Notes under the pieces: model-generated
The model's input: only the letters and a program-made list of their open reading frames with translations
Told to the model about the DNA's origin: nothing
The model's database searches: none
Program-made: the position numbers and the translations under genes
Assembly (NCBI GenBank): GCA_965248445.1
Contig: CBDFJG010000001.1
Location: forward strand, 416,001-480,000
Reading direction: 5' to 3'
Length of the DNA: 64,000 bases
Source of the DNA: Planctomycetota bacterium
GTDB lineage: Bacteria > Planctomycetota > JAJSAM01 > JAJVHW01
Part shown: piece by piece, positions 30,026 to 39,887 of the stretch
Layout of the letters: the number at the start of each line of letters is the position of its first letter
How positions within the stretch are numbered: position 1 is the stretch's first letter

Positions 30026-30037
30026 GAAGGCTTCCCC

Positions 30038-30772
30038 TCACCGGGGCGCCGCGCGCACAACGCGACGCGGGAGGCTCAGTACGGGGCCGGCGGGGGTCCG
30101 GCACGGCGGGCCCGGTGTGTGGCGCAGCTCCACCGTGACCGGCCCGACGTCGATGCGCGTCATGCTGCGCGTTGCGGCGTCCTCGCGATGCATGCACGGC
30201 GAGTACGGTCCGCGACCACCGGCGTGGCCGCGGTGGAACGCCTCCACGTGGTCGGGGGTTCGTTCAGCGAGTTCCCGGAACGCGGCGCTTCGGCGGACAC
30301 GCACATCGCTCTGGCTGAACGCTGAGGAGATGAGTGGGACACGCCGGTCGGCGCGGCGGTCCTCGAGCCGTGACTGCCCGTCCCACTCGACGACGAGCGC
30401 TTGCGCGGCGGGAGTGAGCGCCGCGAGCACGAACGGGCGGTATGCGCTCAGGTCGGCCGCGGAGAGTCGTGTTGAGACCGCCTCCACCGAAGACGCGTCC
30501 GCCAGTGACGATACGAGCAGCCCGCGACTCGTGAACTCATGCTCCGCGTGATTGGGCCGGCCGTATCCGTTCAGGATGCACACCGTCAGTCCCAGCTCGT
30601 TCGTGGCAATCCACGTCCCGCCGAAGTCCGCGTCCTGCGGGGCCAGAATGCGGACACCGCGAGACTCGTGAACAGAAGGCCCGATCTCCGGGCCGCGCGT
30701 CCGCCGTTCATCCCGGTTGAAGAAGAGGTGGTACCCCGCGTCACGTGCGGGCAGCCAGCTCACGGTGCACAT
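30038..30772 (-). CDS. NRDE/TANGO2 family protein (Ntn-hydrolase-like, N-terminal Cys)
   Basis: MCT start, NRDE motif, GGTWI, ILNG, SRGLLV. Confidence 0.9.
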   Translation of the reverse strand: MCTVSWLPARDAGYHLFFNRDERRTRGPEIGPSVHESRGVRILAPQDADFGGTWIATNELGLTVCILNGYGRPNHAEHEFTSRGLLVSSLADASSVEAVSTRLSAADLSAYRPFVLAALTPAAQALVVEWDGQSRLEDRRADRRVPLISSAFSQSDVRVRRSAAFRELAERTPDHVEAFHRGHAGGRGPYSPCMHREDAATRSMTRIDVGPVTVELRHTPGPPCRTPAGPVLSLPRRVVRAAPR

Positions 30773-31296
30773 GTGCGGCTCTCCTGCCAGCTGTGCAGCG
30801 TGGATGGCGCAACGCCGAATTCCCGCCCCGGATCGTGGCCGGCGACGCGCAGGATCATGGCGACGACTGCGAAGTGATGGACTGTGTGGCTGATCAGTGA
30901 CTGGAGTTCCCGATCGAGCGAAGACGTCGTCCAGGGAACCTCGTCAGAGCCGGTTTGGGCGGCGTCCAGGCGGACCACGAGCGGCCGGGGCACACCAGCG
31001 CCACGCATCCCGCGAAGCCGCGACTTCACGTCCCGGAGCCGCTGGATCACCGCGCTGCAGCTCCGTTCCAGGCGCACGTCGCGCTCTCGCGCGTCGTAGT
31101 TCACGCGGCCGTCCACCAGCCCGGCGAAGAGGCACTCGTAGAAGTCGATGCAGTGGCGCACATGGCTGCCGACGCCGCTCGACGCCAGGCGCGGCTCCGA
31201 ACGCGCGTATGTCGCGTCATCGAGTCTCTCGATAACGCGAATGCCCTCGTCGAGTATCCGAACGTTGCTGCGGATGAGCGCTTCTCGCTGACTCAT
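30760..31296 (-). CDS. DinB family protein
   Basis: GSHVRH, YDARERD, REL, SHTVHHFA, FGVAPST. Confidence 0.8.
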   Translation of the reverse strand: MSQREALIRSNVRILDEGIRVIERLDDATYARSEPRLASSGVGSHVRHCIDFYECLFAGLVDGRVNYDARERDVRLERSCSAVIQRLRDVKSRLRGMRGAGVPRPLVVRLDAAQTGSDEVPWTTSSLDRELQSLISHTVHHFAVVAMILRVAGHDPGREFGVAPSTLHSWQESRTCAP

Positions 31297-31336
31297 GACG
31301 TCTCCGGATGATGAACGACCACGCGTCTCGACATGC

Positions 31337-32098
31337 CTAACCGAGGACCGGTGTGAATTGTGCCTGGACCGACCGATGCGCCGCGCGCGCCAGCGCCTTG
31401 CGGTCCCCGTCCACCACGGGGTTGGCGCCGAACGCCACTCTCGCGCGCACGGAGGGTATCTGGAGCAGCCCGTACAGGTGCCGCCCGAACGTCATGTCGC
31501 CCCACCAGCAAACCGACGTACTCGGTGGATGGGCGGCGCTACCGGTCTGGTACGAGAGGCTCGCGCACCACACCGGGCGTCCCGTCCTCGCTGGAACCTC
31601 GAAGATCGACGGCTTGAAGTGCAGCACCTCCGAACCCGCGGTGCTCGTGCCCTCCGGGAAGACCACGACGCCCACGTCCTCGGCCAGCGTTCGTTCGACC
31701 TCCGCGATCGCGCGCCGCAGATCCGCCTTCCGTTCCCGGTCGACGAAGAGGGTGCCGGACGTCCGCGCCAAGAGCCCGATGACAGGCCACCGCGCGACAT
31801 CCGACTTCGCAACGAACACGCAGTCCGCCAGCGTCAGCAGCACGACGATGTCGAGGTACGACAAGTGGTTGCAGACGAGGAAGAACGGAGCTTGCGGTGC
31901 GTGTCCGACGGTCTCGGTGCGCACGCCGAGCAACCACGCGACACCGCGCGCCCAACTGCGCTTGACCCAGATCCGCGCCCGCGTACCGAGGCGGGGCGCG
32001 ACCAGAGCCAGTACGCGCGCAGCCACCAGCGCGACGAACCACACGAACGTGTGAATGCAGAGCGCAGCAGCTCGGACCCCAGCCCTCAGGTGTCCCAT
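31337..32098 (-). CDS. Lysophospholipid acyltransferase (PlsC/OlsA-like)
   Basis: NHLSYLD (HX4D), FVAK, FVDR, FPEGT. Confidence 0.9.
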   Translation of the reverse strand: MGHLRAGVRAAALCIHTFVWFVALVAARVLALVAPRLGTRARIWVKRSWARGVAWLLGVRTETVGHAPQAPFFLVCNHLSYLDIVVLLTLADCVFVAKSDVARWPVIGLLARTSGTLFVDRERKADLRRAIAEVERTLAEDVGVVVFPEGTSTAGSEVLHFKPSIFEVPARTGRPVWCASLSYQTGSAAHPPSTSVCWWGDMTFGRHLYGLLQIPSVRARVAFGANPVVDGDRKALARAAHRSVQAQFTPVLG

Positions 32099-32129
32099 GT
32101 CGTGTCGATCCGTGCTCTCGGCGAGTCGC

Positions 32130-32921
32130 TCACCGCGTGAAGGTCCGGAACGTCCGCTCGTCCATCGCGGCGACGTCGAGAATCGTGAGGAAGTCGATCG
32201 TGCCGAAGAAGCGGTCGAGAGCCGGCTCGCTGGCCACCTTGGCTCCATAGCGCAGGTAGGTGCTGAACAGCGTAGGGATGGGTGCGTCCTCGCGACTCGG
32301 CACGTAGTCGTCCACGACACACGCGTAGCTCGGCAGCACGGGCACGAGCCAATCCGGGTGCGCGTGTCCCATGCGCCGCAGCTGATCGTGGAAGCGGAGG
32401 CCCTCGAGCGGGTCCTGGCTCGTCAGTGACGAGCATCCGAAGAAGTAGCGCTTCCTGTTCCACAGCACATATGAGGCGAGCCCCTTCCAGAGCAGGAACA
32501 GGACGGTGCGGTTGCGATGCTCCTTCGCGATGCACGCGCGACCGAGCTCGATCGACTGCGCGACGACTTCCGCAGGGAGGCCCGAGAGATCGAACTCGGT
32601 TTCCGCGTAGAAACCGTTCGCACGCTCGGCAGACTCGGCCACCTGCATCCGGTAGGTGCCGATGGTGCTGTCGCTCTCGTCGTCGATCACCATGACGTGC
32701 TCGCATTGTGCGTCGAAGCGGTCCGAGTCCCTGCCGGTGTCGAACGACTCTTCTAGTCCCTCCCCCATCTCGAGGTTGAACACCTCGAAGCGCATGCGAA
32801 ACACGGCATCGAGGTCGGCCTCCGACCGCGCGAAGCGGACCCGGTACCGGCCGCGAACGTGATCGAGGTCCGGCGTCAGAGCTGTGAGTGCCGACCGACG
32901 GGCGTGGACGGTGTCGGACAT
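32130..32921 (-). CDS. GNAT N-acyltransferase, OlsB-like (amino-lipid N-acylation)
   Basis: RFEVFNLE, DSDRFD, IGTYRM, FYAETEF, ELGRACI, FGCSS, D.FFGTID. Confidence 0.85.
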   Translation of the reverse strand: MSDTVHARRSALTALTPDLDHVRGRYRVRFARSEADLDAVFRMRFEVFNLEMGEGLEESFDTGRDSDRFDAQCEHVMVIDDESDSTIGTYRMQVAESAERANGFYAETEFDLSGLPAEVVAQSIELGRACIAKEHRNRTVLFLLWKGLASYVLWNRKRYFFGCSSLTSQDPLEGLRFHDQLRRMGHAHPDWLVPVLPSYACVVDDYVPSREDAPIPTLFSTYLRYGAKVASEPALDRFFGTIDFLTILDVAAMDERTFRTFTR

Positions 32922-32930
32922 GACGCTCTC

Positions 32931-33686
32931 CTACTCGAGTCTCCTATACGTCCCCGGATCGGCGTAGAGCACGAGCTGATCGCCCGCTCGACGCAGCGTG
33001 CCGGTGACTTCGAGTGGCTCGGCCACCATGTCGAGCACCTCGCTGTTCACGGTGCGGCCCTCGGACGAGACGAGAAGGTAGTACGTCGCGATCCCCGATG
33101 CGTCGCGGGCCAGCAGGACCGGCGGGATCCCACCGCTGATGCAGCGGGTCGCACACGCGCGGTGCGGCTTCAGATTTCCGGGCTTCATCACTCCGAGGAA
33201 GCACTTGCTGTCGACGATCTCACCTCGGATCGTCTGCCGTCCCAGATCCTCAATCACGGACGAAGGCGGCGGCCCCGCCCCGGCGACCTGCTCGATCGTC
33301 CCGTCCGCGATCTCGATCATGGTGCGGTGATCGCGGTAGACCAGCGTGCCATCGAGGCGAACGCGCTGTCCGTCCAGTCCACTGACGGCATCGCCGGCGC
33401 CGTGTTTCCCGAACACGACGAGCAGGTAGCGCGACGTGCCCGCTCCGGTACCCGGACGCTCGACGATCAGCGTCGGATAGGGCTTCGCCTCGATCCAGCC
33501 CTCGAACGAACGCACCGTGCCGAACTCGAAGTTCGATTGCGCGAACGGTCTCTGACTCGCGGAGAACACGGCCGCAAGTGCGACGCACGCGACGAGCACG
33601 ATCAGGAGCCGGCCGCGGACGAACCGCGCCAGCGATGCGGGCGCGTCGGGCTTGTACCCGACGTAGAAGTCGCCGTCGTCAGCCAT
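32931..33686 (-). CDS. Membrane-anchored hypothetical protein with Cys/His motif
   Basis: DFYVGY N-terminus, TM helix, GEIVDSKC.LGVMKPG..KPHRACATRCISGGIPP. Confidence 0.75.
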   Translation of the reverse strand: MADDGDFYVGYKPDAPASLARFVRGRLLIVLVACVALAAVFSASQRPFAQSNFEFGTVRSFEGWIEAKPYPTLIVERPGTGAGTSRYLLVVFGKHGAGDAVSGLDGQRVRLDGTLVYRDHRTMIEIADGTIEQVAGAGPPPSSVIEDLGRQTIRGEIVDSKCFLGVMKPGNLKPHRACATRCISGGIPPVLLARDASGIATYYLLVSSEGRTVNSEVLDMVAEPLEVTGTLRRAGDQLVLYADPGTYRRLE

Positions 33687-34746
33687 CGTTCACCACCTCG
33701 GACGCGCCGGGGATCGCCGCCGGCGTAACGTGAGTGCCGGCGGCCAGCGGCTGCGGGTGGACGAGGACTCGCCCGTCCTCGACGCGCACGCGGAACGTCG
33801 GCACCTTCTCCGTGAACGGCTCGGGCGATCGCCCGCAGTCCGGCTTGTACTCGTAGCCGTGCCACGGGCAGACGACGCACCCATTGACGATTCGCCCTTC
33901 GCCCAGCGGACCGTTCTGGTGCTGGCACGCGTTCGAGAGAGCGGAGACCTTCCCGTCGTACCGGAAGACCGCGACGCGATCTCCGGAGAGGGCGAACGTG
34001 CGCCCGCGACCCTCTCTGAGATCGCCGACCGCGCAGAGGTCCACGAACCCTTCGTCCCGTGTTGCCGGGCGCGCCGGTTCCGCGTCCCGGCGCCGCTCCC
34101 GCAGGCCCGCAACGAGGTGCAACCCGAGCACCCAGGCCATGCCGACACCGAGGGCGCCGGCCAGGATCGGACTCGTCTCGGCCTGCAACACGCCGAGAAC
34201 CACGTGCATGACGATCAGTCCGTACGCGAGATACACGAGCATGTGCAGCGCCTTCCAGAGCGGCGCCGTCAGGTTCGCGAGCCAGAAGTCATGGCTTGTG
34301 GCCGCCATGAGAAACAGGATGCCGAGAGCGATCAGACCGAGCGGTTGGAACGGGAACTGCGCGATGCTCTCGAACCGCGTGTTGGAGACCAGCACACTGA
34401 CGAGGGGGTTCACATCGCCCAGTGCGTGGAACTGTACGAGCGAGAACCCGCCGTGCAGCAGCGCCACGAAGAACATCGAGACGCCCAGGTGCCTGCGGTT
34501 GTAGAGCAGCGGCAGGAAGCGGCGATCGAGGCGGCACAGCGGACCGATCGACAGGACCACGTGGAGCATCAAGAACGCGCAGGTGCCGAGCGCCCGGATG
34601 AGCATGGTCTCGGCCGTCGCCTCCGGGTGGATCGCGAACCCCGCCCCCACGAAGATGGCGAGATACCCGACCACGCCGACCGCGATGACCTTGTCGTAGA
34701 TCTTCTTCTGGCGATTCCAGCCGACAGCCTTGTAGGTGAGACTCAT
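33679..34746 (-). CDS. Ferric-reductase/MsrQ-like heme membrane domain fused to a Rieske [2Fe-2S] domain
   Basis: NRRHLG, LLH, ATS, WKALH..VY, H; Rieske CQH...CPWH. Confidence 0.85.
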   Translation of the reverse strand: MSLTYKAVGWNRQKKIYDKVIAVGVVGYLAIFVGAGFAIHPEATAETMLIRALGTCAFLMLHVVLSIGPLCRLDRRFLPLLYNRRHLGVSMFFVALLHGGFSLVQFHALGDVNPLVSVLVSNTRFESIAQFPFQPLGLIALGILFLMAATSHDFWLANLTAPLWKALHMLVYLAYGLIVMHVVLGVLQAETSPILAGALGVGMAWVLGLHLVAGLRERRRDAEPARPATRDEGFVDLCAVGDLREGRGRTFALSGDRVAVFRYDGKVSALSNACQHQNGPLGEGRIVNGCVVCPWHGYEYKPDCGRSPEPFTEKVPTFRVRVEDGRVLVHPQPLAAGTHVTPAAIPGASEVVNDG

Positions 34747-35219
34747 CGCGCTGCTCCGACGTCGGCGCGTCCGACGATCTCCTGGTGCGCCAGGCTGTAG
34801 AGCACAAGGTCGCCCGTGTCCCGCCGGCCTTCCGGGACATCGAAGCGGTGCAAGCCCGAGCCGCCGACCGTGCCCAGCAGATACGCGTCCGCCGGAATCC
34901 CATCGCCCTCGACTCCCGACAGCGACCAATAGAGCAGCAGGTCCGGCCGGCGCAGATCGTCGCCCACCTCGAGTTCGATCGAGTTGCCGCCCGGCGGCGG
35001 GCCGCCGGCCAGGCGACGCGTCACGATCGGCAGCTCGCCCCACAGCGTCGCCGACTCCCATAGGAGGTGACCGGACTGCACCACGGACTGTCCCGGCGCA
35101 GGGCCGTCGGTGCTGGGAATCTCCGTGCGCGCGAGCAGCCCGGCGGCGAAGCCCACCGGTAGCAACAGAGCAAGCGCGGCCAGGACACGGAGGTGGCGCG
35201 AGCGGAGGCGGCTGATCAC
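34743..35219 (-). CDS. Membrane-anchored hypothetical protein
   Basis: GTG overlaps the upstream stop; N-terminal TM; PDLLLYW, LYSLAHQE. Confidence 0.65.
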   Translation of the reverse strand: MISRLRSRHLRVLAALALLLPVGFAAGLLARTEIPSTDGPAPGQSVVQSGHLLWESATLWGELPIVTRRLAGGPPPGGNSIELEVGDDLRRPDLLLYWSLSGVEGDGIPADAYLLGTVGGSGLHRFDVPEGRRDTGDLVLYSLAHQEIVGRADVGAAR

Positions 35220-35479
35220 GTGAGGCTCTCCGCTGCATCTCGGTGCGCGGATCGCTCCGTCGGCGGAGCCGCGTCCCGGCGGGCCCAGCGCAGCAGGAGG
35301 TACGGCCACAGGGCCGCGGCGCCCGGCAGGATCAACAGTTTGAATCCCCAGGTGCTGCCGGCAGCAACCGGATCGATCCGGCGCGCGCCAACGCTCGCAA
35401 ACGCGATTGCGAACAGCAGTCCGATGCCCGCATAGAGCAGCAGCGCCAGGACGATCGCCTCCGCTGTCCCGTGAGACAT
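35216..35479 (-). CDS. Small two-TM membrane protein
   Basis: 87 aa; YAGIGLLFA, IDP, F.LLILPG...WP. Confidence 0.7.
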   Translation of the reverse strand: MSHGTAEAIVLALLLYAGIGLLFAIAFASVGARRIDPVAAGSTWGFKLLILPGAAALWPYLLLRWARRDAAPPTERSAHRDAAESLT

Positions 35480-35655
35480 TCAGCCTTCCCCTCCGTGCGC
35501 GACCTCGAATGGCCCAACGCGGTAGGCTCTCCGAACCGAGACCCACGTCTCCCCATTCCGTCCCTGCACGATTTTGCCGTACCTCGTCTCCGGGCCGTGC
35601 AGAGGAATATGAGGAGCTACCGGAGGGTTCGACAGGCTCGACAGCAGGGGGAAGC

Positions 35656-37284
35656 ATGGGGAACGTGTCCGTTGCGCGCTGGGATGAACTGGAGGACCGC
35701 GCTCCGGCGCATGCTCTGGTCGAGGGTGTCGACCTCGTGGTCGTCCGCTACGACGACAGTGTGTCCGTTTTCTACGGACGCTGTCTGCACCGCGGGGCAC
35801 TGCTCTCCGACGGCTTCGTGCGCGGCCAGGATCTGATCTGCGGCGTCCACGACTGGGACTACCGGCTGGACAGCGGGGTCAGCGCGTACAAGAACGACGA
35901 GGTGCTCCCTCGCTTCCGCTCCTGGCGCGAGGACGGCAACGTCCTGGTGGATGACACCGAGATCGCCGCGTGGGCGCTCGAGCATCCGCAGCCGTTCAAC
36001 CGGGCGGCGTTCCAGGGCGCGTATCAGGACATCCACGGCACTCCGGACGAGCCCCGCACCAAGCTGATCCAGAAGCTCGCAGCGAAGGGCATCGAGGGCG
36101 TCGGGCACCACGGCCCGGTGGCGGCCATGGGAGTACCGGCACCGAACCTCCCTCGGTGGGACGACATCCAGTTCGTGACAGCGCAGCTCTGGAAGGTCCC
36201 CCAGCTCGATGAGGTGCCGGTCGCCAGCGAGGTGGTGATCGGGCCGGGGGCAAAGAAGCCACTGCGGCTCGATATCCCGCTCTTCGTATCGGACATGAGC
36301 TTCGGCGCGCTGTCCGAGGAGGCGAAGGTGTCGCTCGCGATGGGCGCGGAGCTCGCCGGGACCGGGATCTGTTCCGGCGAGGGCGGGATGCTGCCCGAGG
36401 AGCAGGCCGAGAACTCGCGCTACTTCTACGAGCTCGCATCCGCCCGCTTCGGCTTCTCCATGGACAAGCTGCGACGCGTGCAAGCGTTCCACTTCAAGGG
36501 CGGTCAGGGTGCGAAGACCGGCACCGGAGGCCACCTGCCGGGGTCGAAGGTGAAGGGCAAGATCGCGGAGGTGCGCCAGCTCCCCGAGGGGCAACAGGCG
36601 GTCTCGCCGGCTCGGTTCCCCGAGTGGGACTCTCTCGAACCGTTCAAGGAGTTCTCCCACGCCGTGCGCGAGGAGACCGGGGGGATCCCGATCGGGTTCA
36701 AGCTCTCGGCCCAGCACGTGGAGAAGGACATCGACGCCGCCCTCGAGATCGGCGTCGACTACATCATCCTGGACGGCCGCGGCGGCGGCACCGGTGCGGC
36801 ACCGCTCATCTTCCGCAACAACATCTCCGTGCCGACCATCCCGGCGCTGGCGCGCGCGCGGCGCCACCTTGATCGCTGTGGCGCGGACCAGGTGTCGCTC
36901 GTCATCACCGGCGGCCTGCGCGTACCGGACGACTTCGCGAAGGCGTTGGCGCTCGGCGCCGACGCGGTCGCGGTGTCGAACGCCGCCATGCAGGCGATCG
37001 GCTGCATCGCGATGCGCGCGTGCCACACCAACAACTGCCCTGTCGGGATCGCGACACAGAAGAAGCACCTGCGCGAGCGCCTCCCGGTGAACGAAGCAGC
37101 CAAGCGGCTGCACCGGTTCTTCCACGCATCGACGCACCTCATGCAGGTGCTGGCGCGAGCCTGCGGGCACACGCGCCTCGATCAGTTCAACGTCGACGAC
37201 CTGACGACCTGGAAGCGCGACATGGCGCACCTCGCGGGCATCCGCTACGCGGGCGTGGGGTCGGTACAGGGAGAGGACCGGTGA
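35656..37284 (+). CDS. Rieske domain + FMN-binding glutamate-synthase-like (GltB2) protein
   Basis: CLH...CGVH Rieske; MSFGALS, SGEGG, GQGAK, DGRGGGTG, CIAMRACHTNNCP cluster motif. Confidence 0.88.
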   Translation: MGNVSVARWDELEDRAPAHALVEGVDLVVVRYDDSVSVFYGRCLHRGALLSDGFVRGQDLICGVHDWDYRLDSGVSAYKNDEVLPRFRSWREDGNVLVDDTEIAAWALEHPQPFNRAAFQGAYQDIHGTPDEPRTKLIQKLAAKGIEGVGHHGPVAAMGVPAPNLPRWDDIQFVTAQLWKVPQLDEVPVASEVVIGPGAKKPLRLDIPLFVSDMSFGALSEEAKVSLAMGAELAGTGICSGEGGMLPEEQAENSRYFYELASARFGFSMDKLRRVQAFHFKGGQGAKTGTGGHLPGSKVKGKIAEVRQLPEGQQAVSPARFPEWDSLEPFKEFSHAVREETGGIPIGFKLSAQHVEKDIDAALEIGVDYIILDGRGGGTGAAPLIFRNNISVPTIPALARARRHLDRCGADQVSLVITGGLRVPDDFAKALALGADAVAVSNAAMQAIGCIAMRACHTNNCPVGIATQKKHLRERLPVNEAAKRLHRFFHASTHLMQVLARACGHTRLDQFNVDDLTTWKRDMAHLAGIRYAGVGSVQGEDR

Positions 37285-39210
37285 CCGCACCGCAGGCCGG
37301 GAGCACCGAGAGCCGCACCGTCTGGCACCGCGCCCTCGCGCCCGAAGAGTTGCCGGAGGGGCGTGTCACCTCCGTCACCTGCGGACTGAAGACGCTCTGC
37401 GTGACGCACTTCGGTGGCGAGTACGCGGCGCTCGACAACCGTTGCCCTCACCAGGGTGGCCCGCTCGGCGAAGGCTCCATCGAGAAAGGACTGTTGCGCT
37501 GCCCCTGGCACGGCTGGGACTACCACCCGACCACGGGCAAGGCGCCCGGCTTCGACGACGGTGTGGAGACGTTCCCGATACAGGTTCGCGAGGACGGCGT
37601 CTACGTGGGCCTCGAAGAGGAGCAGCCGCACGTCACCACGGTCTCCGACGTGATGGTCGAGACGATGGTGAACTGGGGTGTCACGTCGGTGTTCGGCATC
37701 GTGGGACACAGCAACCTCGGGCTCTCGGACGCCGTCCGCGTCCAGGCCGAGGGCGGCGGACTGCAGTACTTCGGGGTTCGTCACGAGGGCGCCGCGTCGT
37801 TCGCCGTGTCCGCCTACGGCAAGCTCACCGGGCGGCCTGCCGCATGCCTTGCAATCGCGGGTCCCGGCGCGACGAACCTGCTCACGGGACTGTGGGACGC
37901 GAACGTGGACCGCGCACCGGCGCTGGCACTGACCGGTCAGGTCGACACCCAGGTCCTCGGCCCCGGCGCGTTCCAGGAAGTGGACCTCGTCGCGGCATTC
38001 GGCCGTGTAGCGCAGTGGGCACAACCGGTGCTGCACACGAGCAGACATTCGGAACTCGTGAATCTCGCGTGCAAGAGCGCGATCCTGAATCGCGGGGTGT
38101 CGCACCTGATCTTCCCCGACGAGGTGCAGGTGCTGCCCGCGCCCGCCGGAGCGAAGGCGGGCGGACCGGCTGGGCGGCTGCCCGCTCGCGAGATCGCACC
38201 GGCTGCGGAGGCACTTGATGAGGCTCTCGCGCTGCTGCGCCGGTCCAAGCGCCCGCTGATCATCGTCGGCCACGGCGCGCGCTTCCACATGGACGGCGTG
38301 ATCGCGTTGGCGGAGCGACTGGGCGCCGCGGTCGCCACCACGTTCAAGGGAAAGGGCCTGATCGCAGACGACCACGAGCTCGCGTGTGGTGTGCTCGGGC
38401 GCAGCGGGACCCCCATCGCCAGACACGGGGATCACACCCAAGAGGCCGACCATCCAGGTCGACTTCGACGCGATGACGCTGGGCAAGTTCCACGCCGTGG
38501 ACGTGCCCGTGCTGGGCGAGATCGGCGTCACGACAGGGCTTCTGAGAGAGCGCCTGACTGACGGCGACCTCTGGGTCGACCAGCGGTCGGATGTGGCGGC
38601 CCGTTGGACGATCTGGCGCGCAGAGAAGACCCGTCGCGAACAGGACGACTCCGGCAGCGGCATCAACTCGGCGGCCATCTTCGCTGCGCTGAACAGGACG
38701 CTGCCCGCGGACGCGATCATCGCCGTCGACGTCGGCAACAACACCTACTCGTTCGGACGCTACTTCGAGCCGCGGCAACAGGCCGTGCTGATGTCGGGTT
38801 ACCTGGGTTCGATCGGATTTGCCCTGCCGGCGGCGATGGGTGCATGGGCCGCGACGCAGGAAGACGATCCACGCTTCAAGGGCCGCACCGTGGTCTCCAT
38901 CTCGGGCGATGGCGGGTTCGGCCAGTACATGGTCGAACTGCTCACAGCGGTGAAGTACGGCATGAACATCACACACGTCCTGCTGAACAACAGCGAACTG
39001 GGGAAGATCAGCAAGGAGCAGCGCGCCGGCAAGTGGCACGTCTGGCAGACATCACTGCACAACCCCGACTTCGCGGAGTACGCCCGCATCTGCGGCGCAC
39101 ACGGGGCGCGCGTGACCGAGAAGAGCGACCTGGATGCCGCGCTCTCGGCTGCCCTGGCGTACGACGGCCCGGCGCTGGTCGAGATCGTCTCCGACGCGCT
39201 GCTCGTGTAG
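37281..39210 (+). pseudogene. Rieske domain + TPP-dependent pyruvate oxidase/dehydrogenase-like enzyme, frameshifted near 38421
   Basis: CPH...CPWH; RHEG, GPGATN in frame 1; DVGNN, GDGG...LNN in frame 2; frame switch after GRSGTPIA. Confidence 0.8.
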
Positions 39211-39228
39211 CAGACGCAGGCGAGCCGT

Positions 39229-39266
39229 TCAGTACACGATGCGGTCGGGCTCGACGGCGGGCGTGA
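39229..39266 (-). repeat. Duplicated 3' end of the gene at 39888-42092
   Basis: 22-bp exact match TCAGTACACGATGCGGTCGGGC at 39229-39250 and 39888-39909; TPAVEPDRIVY* versus TPALVPDRIVY*. Confidence 0.8.
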
Positions 39267-39417
39267 GGCGCCGTCGATCGTCGCCTGCCGTGGTAGGTTC
39301 TCGCTGCGTTCGATGGTCACCCGAGCACAAGCGATCGAAAGCCGCGGCGTTGTCCGCGCCGCGAGAGCACATCCCGGAGACTGAGATGCAGAAGAGCCCC
39401 GTCACGGGGTCGGACCA

Positions 39418-39774
39418 ATGCCGCACGAGCTAACCGTTGCGGTCGAATGGGTCGTCCACGCGATCAACATCGTCACCATCCTGGTGCTCGTCTGGGGCGT
39501 TGCGCGCGGATTCGTGCAGTTCGTCGCGTGCGAGCTGCGCCGCGTCGGTTCGGCCGCGCGCGCCGCCGCGCAGGCGAGGCTGCGCCGGCAGGTCGGGTTC
39601 TACCTGCTCTTCGGCCTCGAACTGTTGATCGCCGGCGACGTGATCGAGACCATGATCAAGCCAAGCCTGGAGCAACTGGCGATCCTCGCAGGAGTTTCGG
39701 CGATCCGTATCGTCACTGGGTACGCCCTCGGGCGCGAGTTGAGTGCAGAACACGAGGGCGTTTCGAACGCCTGA
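39418..39774 (+). CDS. DUF1622 family membrane protein
   Basis: LLFGLELLIAGDVIET, LAIL..IRIV..Y.L.RE. Confidence 0.85.
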   Translation: MPHELTVAVEWVVHAINIVTILVLVWGVARGFVQFVACELRRVGSAARAAAQARLRRQVGFYLLFGLELLIAGDVIETMIKPSLEQLAILAGVSAIRIVTGYALGRELSAEHEGVSNA

Positions 39775-39887
39775 TGGCAGCTCGCTTCGATGCATAGCGC
39801 CGCCGGACCCGACGAACTGCCCCGTCGTCCCCGCTACGCGGGCGCGGGTTCGGTGCACGGAGAGCACCGATGAAGGTGCGTTGACCG

